Assembly (NCBI GenBank): GCA_000182565.2
Contig: KQ257451.1
Length of the DNA: 64,000 bases
From: Spizellomyces punctatus DAOM BR117
Taxonomy: Eukaryota
Direction: 5' to 3' (one strand)
In this document: positions 24,768 to 36,456 of the stretch, in pieces
Numbering within the stretch: the stretch's first letter is position 1
Layout: each line of letters opens with the position of its first letter
Notes under the pieces: model-generated
What the model was told of the DNA's origin: nothing
Database searches by the model: none
What the model saw: only the letters and a program-made list of their open reading frames with translations
Made by a program: the position numbers and the translations under genes

Positions 24768-26407
24768 TCATTTCACTGACATCCGAGCCTTTGTTTGGAG
24801 TTGAGATGGAACATAATTTACAAGGTGCAAGTGCGAGCCTCGTCCTGCGGGATGTGCCGAGCGCGTTACTCGACGTGCCTGATGTGGAATGACAGGCTTT
24901 GAGGTTCGAGGAAGGTTTTCAGCGGGTGTGTGGCGGTGATGTCGAGCAGATTGCTCAGGACGTAGTTGTTTCTTGTCTCTGTTATACTGCGGTGAATGAC
25001 AGCGCGGTAGTTTCTCATCAGTGTCCTGCCAATGAACCTTTCCTAAGAAGCTATATGTTTGATGACTAGGATGCATTACATTGAAAGTTGGTGTCAAGGG
25101 TTGAGAATCGGGTGCTTCTAGCTGGGTCTCATACTGTACAGCCGCAATATGACGAAGAAACACTTTTGCATTCACTGCCGTGGGTCCGAGATACGCTTCC
25201 TGAAGACACATCTCCCGCTGTGTCCTAAGCTCCCGGAGCAAGCGATGTCGGCGACTTGGTGCCAGTGGAGGTGCTGAGCAGGCTCGGGTTATAGGTAACG
25301 GCTGACTGTACGAGGAGAAGATATCATCGGGGGAACGTAATGCCAAAGGTTCAGCGGGGAAGCGTGTGCGGAACCAAGATGGGATCGGTCTGCGGTCGAG
25401 AGCAGGTAAGGCGGGAACAGGGTCGCAATACTGTTCTTGACGCCATGGATTAGTTTTGGATGCCAGGACAGCTTCTAGGTCGTTTCCGGGAAGTGGATCT
25501 TGATCTTCCCGCACTAATACAATCAGTGTTCGTACAGAGTTAGCTACCTAGAACTTGATCACAGCGACGCTCTCTTCATACCTTCGAAGCTTAATCCTTT
25601 TTTCGTCAAAACAGTCATCGCCCGACCTTTCTTTACTTTTGCTTTTGCTCGTGCAAAAGATCCTCGTTTACCAGTCGTCGTAACCTCCTTCTTGTCAGTC
25701 GCAGATGAATCAAATATGTCTGCCATCTGGGGTGCCTTAGGCTGTCCCTCAGCCTTGAAACCCGTCATCAATCGACTAGGTATGTTGGAAGAGTCCGTTA
25801 TCGCAGTGCCCTGTCTACGGGAAATTGGGACAGGCAGGAAACTTTGGTGCGGAGTGCGTCCCCGTGTTGATGGCGTTTGTGGAATGGAAGCAGTGTTCTC
25901 TAGGAATCCCAGATCAGTTGAAGTTGATGTAGTAAGGTCGTTTTCCGAAGCTGAGGGTTTTGCAAGACTCTCTGCATCTTGGGGTACCATCGAGATCCCA
26001 CTCTCGGTTCGACGATCGGTCGGTAGAATTGTGATTGTTGCAGATTGACGGGATGGGGTAGGTATGTATATTGAACCTTCTTCCTGTGCTATCCTTCCTA
26101 CCCTTGAAGAACGTTTGCTTGTCGGGGCACTTTCTCCGGCTTCCTCGTCTGACGACGACCGACGGACCGACGCCACGGAGATTGTTCCTGCGAACGACGT
26201 ATCAACTTTCGTCTCAATCTGAGATGGAATGACTTTTGAATCATTCTCGACCATTGTGATATGCAAGCTTTCTGATACGCGCTCAGCCTGCAGTTGCTCG
26301 TTCACATTGTCAATGTATTGAGTTGAAGGGCTTTCACTGTCATCCAATCGGACAGAATTTGTCCCTTCGTTGTCTGATACGAATCGATCTCCCTCCATAT
26401 TATACAC
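24768..26407 (-). CDS. Hypothetical Ser/Thr-rich protein, at least two exons; 5' end probably further upstream
   Basis: Adjacent long same-strand ORFs 26407-25559 and 25514-24768 separated by an intron-sized gap; no domain recognised. Confidence 0.5.
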
Positions 26408-27045
26408 ACTTGGCCTGTTAGACCCCAGAAAGATATCTGAAATTGTCCGATAAATGTATGCCTAAGTTTATCCCGTGGGTTTCCACTGCGTTGATATTTG
26501 AATACATGGTCGGCCAACGCATCACGTAAGATATGGAGTAAGCATTTTATATCTGCATCGACATTCTGAATGAACTTGAACAACGCATTTGATGACCGAT
26601 ACAGCCACTGTTTTTCCCAATGGTCATGTCATTGCTATCACGAATTTATTAAGTCCACCGTGTGAGTTGCGTTCAGTTCGGGCCAGACAACAGATGCATC
26701 AAAAATCGTCTAATCGTCACTGCTTATTTCAAAGTTGATGCATCTACATTGTTCAAGTATGTTTTCTCCATGACTGAAGGACTCCAACCATCGTTACAAG
26801 AGGCCTGTGGAGAGATATTTGTTTGGAAGCCAGCGTGTGGATCGGCAATGTAGATCTTGTAGAGAACGATGGTTATCCGACTCATATTGGCATTCCGCAA
26901 AGGTCGACTTCTTACAAGTTCCATGTTGTAGTTACAGAAAAAATGAATTGGATAGAAAACCACTTGCTTAGTTTACAGACTACTACTACTAAATGATATG
27001 AATTACACAAAGGCGCAAGCCCCACCCAAATGTACATGCGCAATC

Positions 27046-29721
27046 CTAATTCCTCCCATCAACACCAAATGCAAACTCCACCACCTCCTCCAATCCGTCC
27101 TGCCCTACCGCATCCACAAATCCATCATGCAACGACCAAACACTCGTGCTCACCCTTGATGGTTTCTCCCTCCATCGCATAGGCGTCGGATTGGGTCGGT
27201 GGTGTCGTGCATTCGTTGTGGCTTCCAAAGCCTTTGCCACGTTCCAACGCCACTGATCAGCGGGTGTGACCGTAACTGGGGTCGGATCCACGGGAGGTGG
27301 AGCGCCTTGATATTTTCCTGCTAGCTCATCCAACCCTAATCCTCTGACACAGAGATCATGGTACAACCCGTCCAGCGACCCCTGCGAGAAAACGGACTCT
27401 GTTAGGGATGTGTGGGAGCGGGACAGTGTCGGAATACTTGCTAGGGACGGATTTGGGGAAGAAAAGGGTGAGGGTAGGATAAAAGGGTTCGACGGCACCG
27501 GTGTCGGTTCAGGGGTACTGACTACGCTGCGTATCGTCTCTGGCTTTACAAACTTGTTCTCGTTGGGAGTGCCACTCCAATTCTCATCATACAATTCGAC
27601 ACCAGATAACTCTGACCTCTCCAACCCCACATCTACTTTCTCAAATCCAGCCACTGGCACCTCAGTCCGCCCAGGAGGTGACGGAAGCTTTTCGTCCTCA
27701 TTGTCAGATATTCCCGCCGAGGCGACGCTCTTCGAATAATCGCTCTCCATTTCGGAAGGTTGACCGACTTCATCATCCCGATCCTCATCAGACTCATCAG
27801 GATTGGTGACCCGCAGACTCCCCGTAGATGCCGGGCGGCGAAACAGGGATACCCTTTGCGGTCGTTCCAAGGTCCCCGAGTCCGTATCTTCAGCACGCAA
27901 GTCGGACAGATACACATCCGACTTTGACGCATATCTTGCCACATTTGACGTTCGTATAATGACGGGAGGTTTACCGGATGCAGCTTCAACCACCTTGACG
28001 TTCTCCACTCCAGATTCAACTGCCCGTCCTTTTCCCTTTTCCTTTTTTCCTCGTTTCTCACCGCCGACAAGTTTGCGCATCCATCGCATACATGCTTGCA
28101 TTTTACTCTTCTTTGGCGGGTTAGGCTTCCGATCCGTGCGGTTCACTTGTAGATTGGTTTGAAGAGGTAAAGATGTGGACGAGTAGTTATGGAACCCAAG
28201 AGGGATCGTGTCAGAGTCGTCATCATCGTTGTAAGTTGGGCGTCCAAGGCTTCTGGGTCGCATATCGATGGATGGGCGGTCGGCGCGGTTAGACGTTGTG
28301 GATGGGGAGGTCTTGGAGTTATCCACCTCCTTCGTTTCGTTCGTCAATGCAGGGATATCGGAACGCCCAATCCCATCGTCTTGTATAACCTCACTAACCT
28401 CGACCGCCACGCCCTCCATTTCGCTCAGCTCATCCTCAGAAACTCCGAGAGAAGCACACAAAAACGCTTCTCGAACCGTAAGGTGCAACACGGTGTCCGT
28501 TGGAGGGTCAGGTACTGGATTGGAATGAATCGATGGAGAGTATGTTTCAAAATCGCCATCGAGAACGTCAGGCTCCTGCCAGCTTGTAGAATCTTCAGAG
28601 TACTTTGCATCGTACGGCACAGAGTGTGTATTGGGAGGGGTACGCACAGCCAGATTTGGTTCGGGGAGGGTCCCCTCCGTAGGGGTTTCAGTTGGATCGT
28701 GCTGATCCAGACAAGCTGGTGCGTCGTCCAATTCAAGCGCCTCTTGTGCGTCTGCACCTTTGTCTTGCGACAGCTCTTCTGACTTCATCAGGTCTTCCTC
28801 AGTCTCTATAACCACTTGCTCCTGAGCCCGATCATCAACCATTTCCTCGCTCTGATCCTCCATCCGCTCCGGTGTACCACCATCGCATAAGTCCGTTTTC
28901 TGTTCCCCACCATCATCGACCATTTGCTCGTTCTGATCCTCCATCCGCTCAGATGCAACCCTACCACATAAATCCGGTTTCTGTTCTCCACCATCATCAA
29001 CAGTCGTATCGCCATTCATCACTTGCTCCCTCTCCAACGTACTTTGATCATACAAAGCCAGCACGTCCGCTCCAGCGTGTTCCTGACTCTGATCAATTGC
29101 CATCTTACTTGCTTGCTCCTTCTCCATCTGCGCCCGTTCCAATGTATCCCGATCATACAAATCCAATAAACTCTTTTCAGAGCGCGGAAGACTCGTCTGG
29201 TAGGGATTGCGGCTCAGGACCACCGACAAGGGAAGATTGTCGTCCGAGTCCGTCAGGTTGGGATCCTGTTCGGGTGGCGTGACGGTTGTGTCGCTGAGGA
29301 GGTCGTCGGTCACAAGATCAGAGAGGTCCTCCGTTGGTTCAAAGATGTTTAGGTTGGGGGAGTCGGGGATGTGAACGTCCGAGTCATCTTTTTCCGACAA
29401 AGGGGTCGTCGACTCGGGCTCGTCCGCCATTTCCATGGAGGCAACGTTCACTACCGTGATCCTGCTTGCAGTCTCTTGTTCCGCGAATTCTTCTGCAGAT
29501 TCTACCACAATGACTGGTGTACGTTCCCTTTTTGCACTTTTGGACCGCGAAATGACCTGTACAGGCCGCTCTCCACCGTCCGGCTCACCGCCCTGCTTTC
29601 TCTTTATCCGAAAAGAACCTGTAGAGGCATTCCATTTTCTCCCATTCTTGTCCTTTTTGTCTCTAAGAACGGTCACACTCGACTCTGAGAATCGGGCCAA
29701 GAAGGATTTGAATTTGACCAT
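27046..29721 (-). CDS. Large acidic, disordered hypothetical protein (891 aa) with internal repeats
   Basis: Single ATG ORF, D/E/S/P-rich; 27-aa tandem repeat at ~28830-29000; no family recognised. Confidence 0.75.
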   Translation of the reverse strand: MVKFKSFLARFSESSVTVLRDKKDKNGRKWNASTGSFRIKRKQGGEPDGGERPVQVISRSKSAKRERTPVIVVESAEEFAEQETASRITVVNVASMEMADEPESTTPLSEKDDSDVHIPDSPNLNIFEPTEDLSDLVTDDLLSDTTVTPPEQDPNLTDSDDNLPLSVVLSRNPYQTSLPRSEKSLLDLYDRDTLERAQMEKEQASKMAIDQSQEHAGADVLALYDQSTLEREQVMNGDTTVDDGGEQKPDLCGRVASERMEDQNEQMVDDGGEQKTDLCDGGTPERMEDQSEEMVDDRAQEQVVIETEEDLMKSEELSQDKGADAQEALELDDAPACLDQHDPTETPTEGTLPEPNLAVRTPPNTHSVPYDAKYSEDSTSWQEPDVLDGDFETYSPSIHSNPVPDPPTDTVLHLTVREAFLCASLGVSEDELSEMEGVAVEVSEVIQDDGIGRSDIPALTNETKEVDNSKTSPSTTSNRADRPSIDMRPRSLGRPTYNDDDDSDTIPLGFHNYSSTSLPLQTNLQVNRTDRKPNPPKKSKMQACMRWMRKLVGGEKRGKKEKGKGRAVESGVENVKVVEAASGKPPVIIRTSNVARYASKSDVYLSDLRAEDTDSGTLERPQRVSLFRRPASTGSLRVTNPDESDEDRDDEVGQPSEMESDYSKSVASAGISDNEDEKLPSPPGRTEVPVAGFEKVDVGLERSELSGVELYDENWSGTPNENKFVKPETIRSVVSTPEPTPVPSNPFILPSPFSSPNPSLASIPTLSRSHTSLTESVFSQGSLDGLYHDLCVRGLGLDELAGKYQGAPPPVDPTPVTVTPADQWRWNVAKALEATTNARHHRPNPTPMRWREKPSRVSTSVWSLHDGFVDAVGQDGLEEVVEFAFGVDGRN

Positions 29722-30972
29722 GGGCGTCCTGGAGGTGATATCAGTACTCTCCGGTCATACTCGTACATACTCATTGCTACTCACTTTACAGAAGGCTCTT
29801 GGAAAACCCGAGAGGACGAGAGCACTGTCGGCATCTCCCTCCGCGTCAACAATTTCCCACACGACAAGTTTGTCAAAATTCAGCAACAAATCGTGCTGTG
29901 CGTACGTAATTGACATGCTTCCATGACTGTGCCAATCTCCGCCAGAATCAGCAGCCGTCATCCTCGGAGCCCTTTTCCCCCGAGAGCGGTTACCATGGAC
30001 GGTCGTTATGAGAGTAAGTTAAGGTTGTGTGACGGAAGAATCATGTGATGCGCAGAGGGGAAGCCACTTACGTATCGATCTATGAAACAGACTGCAAGTA
30101 GAGCAAGCAAATACTGGCCAAAATGTTAAACTAGTGTGAACCCATGCATGCAACGCACTTACGATCTGAAAAATGCAAAAGATGCAGTCTATTAGAATCT
30201 GATCCTCTGAAAATATAGTTGAAATCAAAGCCAATTGCTCGCTTGTCTGGTGAATAGGTCGATAGGAGTTGTGAATGGAATTTAAATGCACCCAACATAA
30301 CGAACAGATGTAGTCTTCACAATACAAGAGATATATTTATTCTTTACTGCATACAACATATTCTCTAACCTAACAATGTGCACTTCAACTCCACCGTCTT
30401 CTTCTTCCAGACTGCGACCGTCGTGGTCGAATCTATAAAGAAAACCTAAAAAACAGTGAGGGTATTTCAAACACGCAAACAATTGAAACACGAAAACGCA
30501 TCCCAAATGGAACCGCCTGCGACCACTAAGTCGCCTCCCGTGCCACGCAAGTCCCAGCAAGTGTGTAATTGGGCCTAGTAATAGTTAGTTACTTGTAAGG
30601 AGATGAGCTTTTCCGGGCTGGTTGTCGCCAGTCCAGCCACATTGGTGTATTTGTTAGTTCTTGCCAATACACTAACGAGTACTGTATGAGCCCATGCAAG
30701 CAACTGCACTTAAGAACTTGAAGATAACAAAAGATGCAGTTGTTTATTATTTCTATTCTATGAATGTATATTATAGTTGAAACCACTGCGGTGTTTGAAC
30801 GATGGATAGTTCGGGGCGAGTAATACTGGTATAGCGCATATATCCACGTCTTGTGGATTACACAACTTGTACGACACTCATTACGGTCACGTGCGGGTTA
30901 TAATCATGCCGAGGTGTTCAAGATGATGTTGGGTCTGTTCGCGAGCTTGTCCCTTTTGTCCCATCAAACATC

Positions 30973-32033
30973 ATGTCAACCGAACGAACATTTCGAACAT
31001 CTTCCAACCTCACACTCACAGCCAAAGAGTGGGGCACACCCGGTGGGTTCCCTATCCTCGCCTTACACGGGGTAAGTCAAAACCAAAACTCTTATGGACC
31101 TAGTTTCCAAAAGCTCAACCCATTCTCAGTGGCTAGACAATGCAAACACCTGGGACGTTCTTATACCACATCTTCTCGCTACACATCCCCACCTCCATAT
31201 CATTGCACTAGATCTAGCCGGACACGGACACTCCCAACACCGGCATGCGGAATGCGATTACTTGTTTTACAAGTACGTTGAGGAAGTTGTCAGTGTAGCG
31301 GACGCATTACGTATGTACCGAAGCCATCGCATGAGACATTATCGAGTATAAATTCATATCCAAAATCACAGAGTGGTCTCGATTTGCTCTCCTTGGTCAC
31401 AGCATGGGGGGCGGCGTCGCAGTCCTCGTTGCCTCCCTCTATCCCAACCGTATTACCCACTTGATCTCCGTTGAAGCTCTAGGCCCTTTTACACGTCGCC
31501 CAGCAGAGCAAGCAGCAAATTTCAAGGCGTATTTACAGGCTAAACCTGCTGTAGAGTCATCTCGTAAACGCATTTACACTGATTTGAAGGAGGCGGCCCT
31601 GGCGCGGGCGACCGGGAACCCTACTATGCCTCTTTCTGTAGAAGCTGCGGGACGGTTAGTGGAGAGAGGGACAATATATGTGGAAGAGGGCGGGGAGAAA
31701 GGGTATTGTTGGAGTACCGATCAGAGGTTGAGGGTACCATGGCCCGTGCATTGGAGTGATGAAGTCATTGTGGAATTACTGAAAAACATTACATGTCCTG
31801 TCTTGGTGATTGTCGGGACAAAGGGTGTCAAAGGTATGAATTTGGAGGCAAGGAAAAGGGCGGTAAAGGATCTGGAAATTTTATCCATAGAAGGTGGGCA
31901 CCATCTTCATTTGGATGATGCTGGGAAGGAATGTGCAGAGGCCGTTGGCACCTGGTTGTCCAAGACGCAAGGCGCGGCAAGGTCTGCAAGGAATGCACCG
32001 GTAAAAGCTCCTATTCGGCGGTACAAGTTATAG
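30973..32033 (+). CDS. Alpha/beta hydrolase, SERHL-like, 3 exons
   Basis: PILALHG|WLDNANTW, ALDLAGHGHSQH, GHSMGG nucleophile elbow, GGHHLHLD. Confidence 0.88.
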
Positions 32034-32305
32034 TGATAGGTAGACAAAATTAGACTAGACCTCTAACATATTTCATCCATTTCATAAAAAAATAACCGGA
32101 CCGAGATGAAATAAATGAGATCGTTAAAAACACGACGAAGAGAAAGAAAAATATTGTATGGTATTTTTAGATAGCGCATCCCACCAAGTCAACACAGGAC
32201 CTTCATGCAAAGCAAACCCCCTCTTGTTCACATGAGCGCACGGACCAACTCTGTGGTTGACATACATTATCATCCCCAAATGATACCGCAAATGTCCAGG
32301 ATGAC

Positions 32306-33907
32306 TTAGTGAGATTTTGCAACCTCCTTGCTGGGAGGAACAGTCATCTTTGGCACCTGTCATTTGCAATATCAATATTAATAACAACGTCCACTAACAA
32401 AGATCCAAGTAAAAGCTCACCTCGTTAAAGTGATGGTAGTCGGGAGGAGAGGGAATGGCCCATTCAAGGGACACGGTAGCTGGTGTCCGGATCTCCTTGT
32501 TGCTTCCGAATGTACGCTTCTCAAAGAAGGGAGGACTGAGGACTTCGGACCAGTAATCGGCGCTCAAACCGTGGCCGGCAGCGTCAACGGGGCGGAGAGG
32601 AGGGTCAAGGGCACGGAGCTTGTCGGGAACGTTGGCTTCCGTAGGGAAGGCGCCACCTAAACCGAACATTATGAGCCAGGCTCAAGAAAACGCGGTAGCA
32701 CGATTTGGCACGTACGGATTTCAACATTTATGACCTCCAAACCAAACTCTGCCTCCTTGGCCTTCAAAGCAGCAGTGATCTTTTGGGCAAGGGCGGTTTT
32801 GTCGGCGCTCGAGATCTCGCCGTCCGCGGTAACACCAAAGTTGGCCACTTCGCGCTGCAAAATCTTACGCACGGTCTTGGCGGCTGCGCGCTCAGAGTCG
32901 GGATGGTTGGTCTCGGCGTCAACGTAGAAAGCAGACTGGTTGACAGATTTGTATATTAGATCAGCGGATATATAAGCAGGCGAGGAACACAGTACATACC
33001 GCTACTGGGTCAGTAACCTTGATGTACACAACAGCGTACGCGTCCACCTTCTTTCCATCTAAGGCATCATTGAGTTCAAGGGCATCAAATGTAAACATAC
33101 CACATTTTCACATACCCTTGGTAACATTGCTGGGGCTAACAACACCCATAACGACAGGGTGCGCAGCCTTGACAGCCTTGATCTTGTCGATACCAGGGAT
33201 CAAAAAGTGGGTACCAGCCTGAAGGACCTTGGAAGGCTGTCCACTTCGCTCCATAACCCAAATCTCGCCGTTAGGAACCCAGCTAACACCCTATTGTTCC
33301 CCCAGAAAATCAGTATCCACCGTTTCACCTGCCTTCATCCTCCAAAAAGGAACACTCACCCCAAACTTGGGCTTCACCTCCGAGAACGCATCGGAAGTAG
33401 TCCAGAAGTCCCAGCGCTTCTCACGGGGATCCAATTCACGGACCTGCTCAGCTGGCACACCGTTCTGGAAGTCGGTGATGGCGAGGTGCGCGTAGGGAAC
33501 GACGAGAGAGTGGCCGTTGGCAATGGGGGTGACGGTGCGGGTGGGCTGTGATGTAGCGAGGGGGTATAAATTGTAAGAACAGAGTGTGGAATGGTTCGAT
33601 GATGACGGTTCATGCTCGGTCTGTCACATCCGCTCCTCGCGTGTCGAAACTGTTTGTCAACAGAAACCTCCACGAACCCATTGTACACCCCATACTCTTG
33701 CCCACCAACATTCCAATACACTATCGGTCCCCCCATCACCCAAATCACTAAATTCCCATCCTCCCATCCAATCCACTTTCAAATCCACAGCGCCTCGCGC
33801 CCTAAAACGAGACACACTTGACACGTTCCCCAGGGGCTTACCTTGACAGCAACCACCGAGCGACGAGCACCAGCCCTCACCGAAAGCATAGCAAGCTTGG
33901 AAGCCAT
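32306..33907 (-). CDS. Mitochondrial SPFH/stomatin-like (SLP-2-type Band 7) protein fused to a Cox1 C-terminal-like domain; 7 exons, 330 aa
   Basis: Exons 33907-33842, 33545-33360, 33290-33116, 33058-33000, 32935-32716, 32656-32421, 32356-32306 (993 nt, all GT-AG, frame intact). Presequence MASKLAMLSVRAGARRSVVAVK; SPFH VSWVPNGEIWVMERSG..LQAGTHFLIPGIDKI..VTKDGKKVDAYAVVYIKVTDP..FGLEVINVEIR; tail SLEWAIPSPPDYHHFNEVP. Confidence 0.85.
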
Positions 33908-34529
33908 GTCTATAATGTACAAAAAACGGATTTCCAAATGTTGAAGCGTAAAGGGCGGGTGTACCGTTTCCAACCTCTTCTTCTTCTTTGCCCGATATTT
34001 CCCATTAATTCCTTTTTGAGTTTGCAGATTGGAACAAGCCACGCGCTGGCACAGTCATATTGATTATGGTAATCACTTGCTCAGTCATTCTGACGTTCAA
34101 TCAGGTCGTTTGAGGAGATATCTGCCCTAGATGGAGTGAACTTACTTGCCTCTTCTTGGTCATGGCTCGCAGTGAAAATGCAGTTACGTGGGTGCATTAC
34201 ACCCCCGCATGTTGAAACGAAACTAATATGACAGGAATGCCCTGGCATTTGGCGTTTCGAGAGTTGCAGCAGCACAAATATCACTCCATAATTTGTTGAG
34301 GAAAAGTATTAAGAACCTCTGTTTACAATCTTTAATTCCTCTGCAGAATCGTTTGGCCTGCTTCTTCCTCAAACTTGGGTATCATCTCCTCCATGTCTAC
34401 CAAACCGTGCTCGTGGGTAGGGCAAAGCACACATTACAAAATGGCTACCACTGGGGTATAAACTAAATGGCCAAGCCAGTAAAAAAACGCAACCCTTCAA
34501 ACCAGAAATGTCCCGAAAAAACCATTCTA

Positions 34530-36042
34530 TTACACAACCCCATTCAAACTCTCAATAACACTCTGCAATTCGTCATCCACTTGCGCACTAGACCAGGCAC
34601 TCGTTTCTTCATTTAGCGATACAGCGTCCCACATGCCTCCGACCTCCTCAACAACCTCCAAAAACGGTCGTACCATGGACGTATCGTTACCGAATAACAG
34701 TGACGCGTCTCTTGTTGTCGATTTTGATATCGGTTCAGAGGAGGAGAGGGATGTGATGGCTGCCGTTGCGGCGGCGGTTTGGACGTGACAGAGCGGACAG
34801 GTTGGGTGGTTTAGCGTTAGGATGCAGTGTGGGCAGGTGGGAGTCGTTGCAGAGTCTTGTTGGGTCGAGGGGGCGGGAGGAGTGGGTTGGGGGTTGCAGG
34901 TTGGACAGTCATCTTGATAATGTACTCGACGGTCGGTCGCGCCGTTTCGGGAGGCTTCGAGGAGTCGCTGGACTTGGGTTTTGACATCTGGTGGGTGGTT
35001 TCGGCGGCGGTGCCTGCGACGGCGGGTTTGAAGGATGTTCTGGAGGAGCGCGCGGAGGTCAATGTTTGGGTTGGATGGTGGTGGTGGGTGTGGTATGGGA
35101 GGTGTCTCTTCCGCTTGCTGAGTAGGTGGAGGTGGTGGGCTTGAGGCCCGAGAGACTTTTTCTGGAGCTGTGGGTGCGGCGCTGGATTCCTTTTCCTCGC
35201 GATGCACATTTTTCGAAAGGAGGTTCGTAATCTTTGATACCTCCACCTACAATACCAACACATGAGCAAAAACACAACACACTACCCACGCAGAACGCCA
35301 TAAACGAACCTGTAGTTGCATCAACGCTTTCATTTCCGTTGACGGTCCATCTCGTACAGGTTCATCCCGCACAATTCCCTCTTGAAGACGCACCATCTCT
35401 GCCCTCGTCTTATCAATCTCAGCCTCGTACTGTCGCAACAAATCTTGGGCCTTGTTCAACCGCTTGGTAATCACTTTGACAGGATTAGACCCGAATGATA
35501 TAAAAAGGTTACTAGGCATACAGCATACCTGCATTTCGCTCAACAATCTCCCCTTTTTCCATTCGGATTTTCTTAACCTCTTCCTCCAATGCGTCACGCT
35601 GCGTTCGTGCATTCGTGGCCTCGTCCACAAGTTTTTGTCGTTGGGATTCCGCTATTGCTAATTGTCTTATGAGCGCAGCTAACCGATGTCGGTCTTGCAA
35701 GCGGAGGGATGTGAGTGTTGTGGCGGGTGTTGTAGTAGGAGGTTGTTTGGGTGGGTTCGTTTTGGTCGAATGTAGACGGTCATGAGGAGTGACTTTGGGA
35801 AGGGACTCCCAATGTGGAGCAGAGAGGACGGGGTCGCAGTCGCATTGGGGAGGTTTGGGATGAAAATGGGGAACGATTCTCCGTTGGCGGGTTCGGGCTG
35901 GAGTCATGTTCGGTGCTTGTCCGCCAATCCTCAATCCCAATGCTTGCTTTAGTTTGTTGCGCGTCGGCTGGCGCGTCCGTGGTGTGTCACATGAGAGGAA
36001 CGTGACTTGTCGAAGTGTTCCAACTTTTGAAAAGTGTTCCAT
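34530..36042 (-). CDS. Coiled-coil protein with KIAA1328/hinderin-like segment, 3 exons
   Basis: TLTSLRLQDRHRLAALIRQLA...KKIRMEKGEIVERNA|VITKRLNKAQDLLRQYE resembles the hinderin motif L.DL..EDK.RIANLI.ELA; Cys pairs near the C-terminus. Start uncertain. Confidence 0.55.
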
Positions 36043-36456
36043 TTCGCGGTGCAGCACCACTGCCCAAACGAGACCGAACTAGGCAGCAAGACCGCAAAAA
36101 GGTCTTATGTCAAGGACCCCAGCTATCATATCTCTGTTGAGCGAATGACGCGATACTGGCCAAGGATAACGCGCATGTTGCCAGAAGAATTAGCGTCAAG
36201 TCCGACCCCCGTGAACAAGGGAAGGCGAAGGCGACCCCCTGCTGGAGCTTTCTTTGGCTCGTATCTGCTTGAGTGATATTTTTATAGGTGCTTGTTCTTT
36301 GTGATGTGCAATTTGGTAATGAATGCTTTTGGGACGGAACGGAATTATAAAACACGGCAAACGGACTTCCCTGTTCTCCCCAAATGAAAATTAGAGGTAC
36401 AGAGCTGTGTATTTTGTTGCATGTGCAATGTTTTATAGAAAGTTCGATTGGACCAA

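Noticed and set aside
33546-33841. Unusually long (296 nt) first intron as snoRNA host
   Set aside because: No convincing box C/D or H/ACA pair on the transcribed strand.
36441-36456. GTTCGATTGGACCA as tRNA fragment or primer-binding site
   Set aside because: Spacing between TPsiC-like motif and CCA is too short, no cloverleaf, and no internal retroelement coding region follows.
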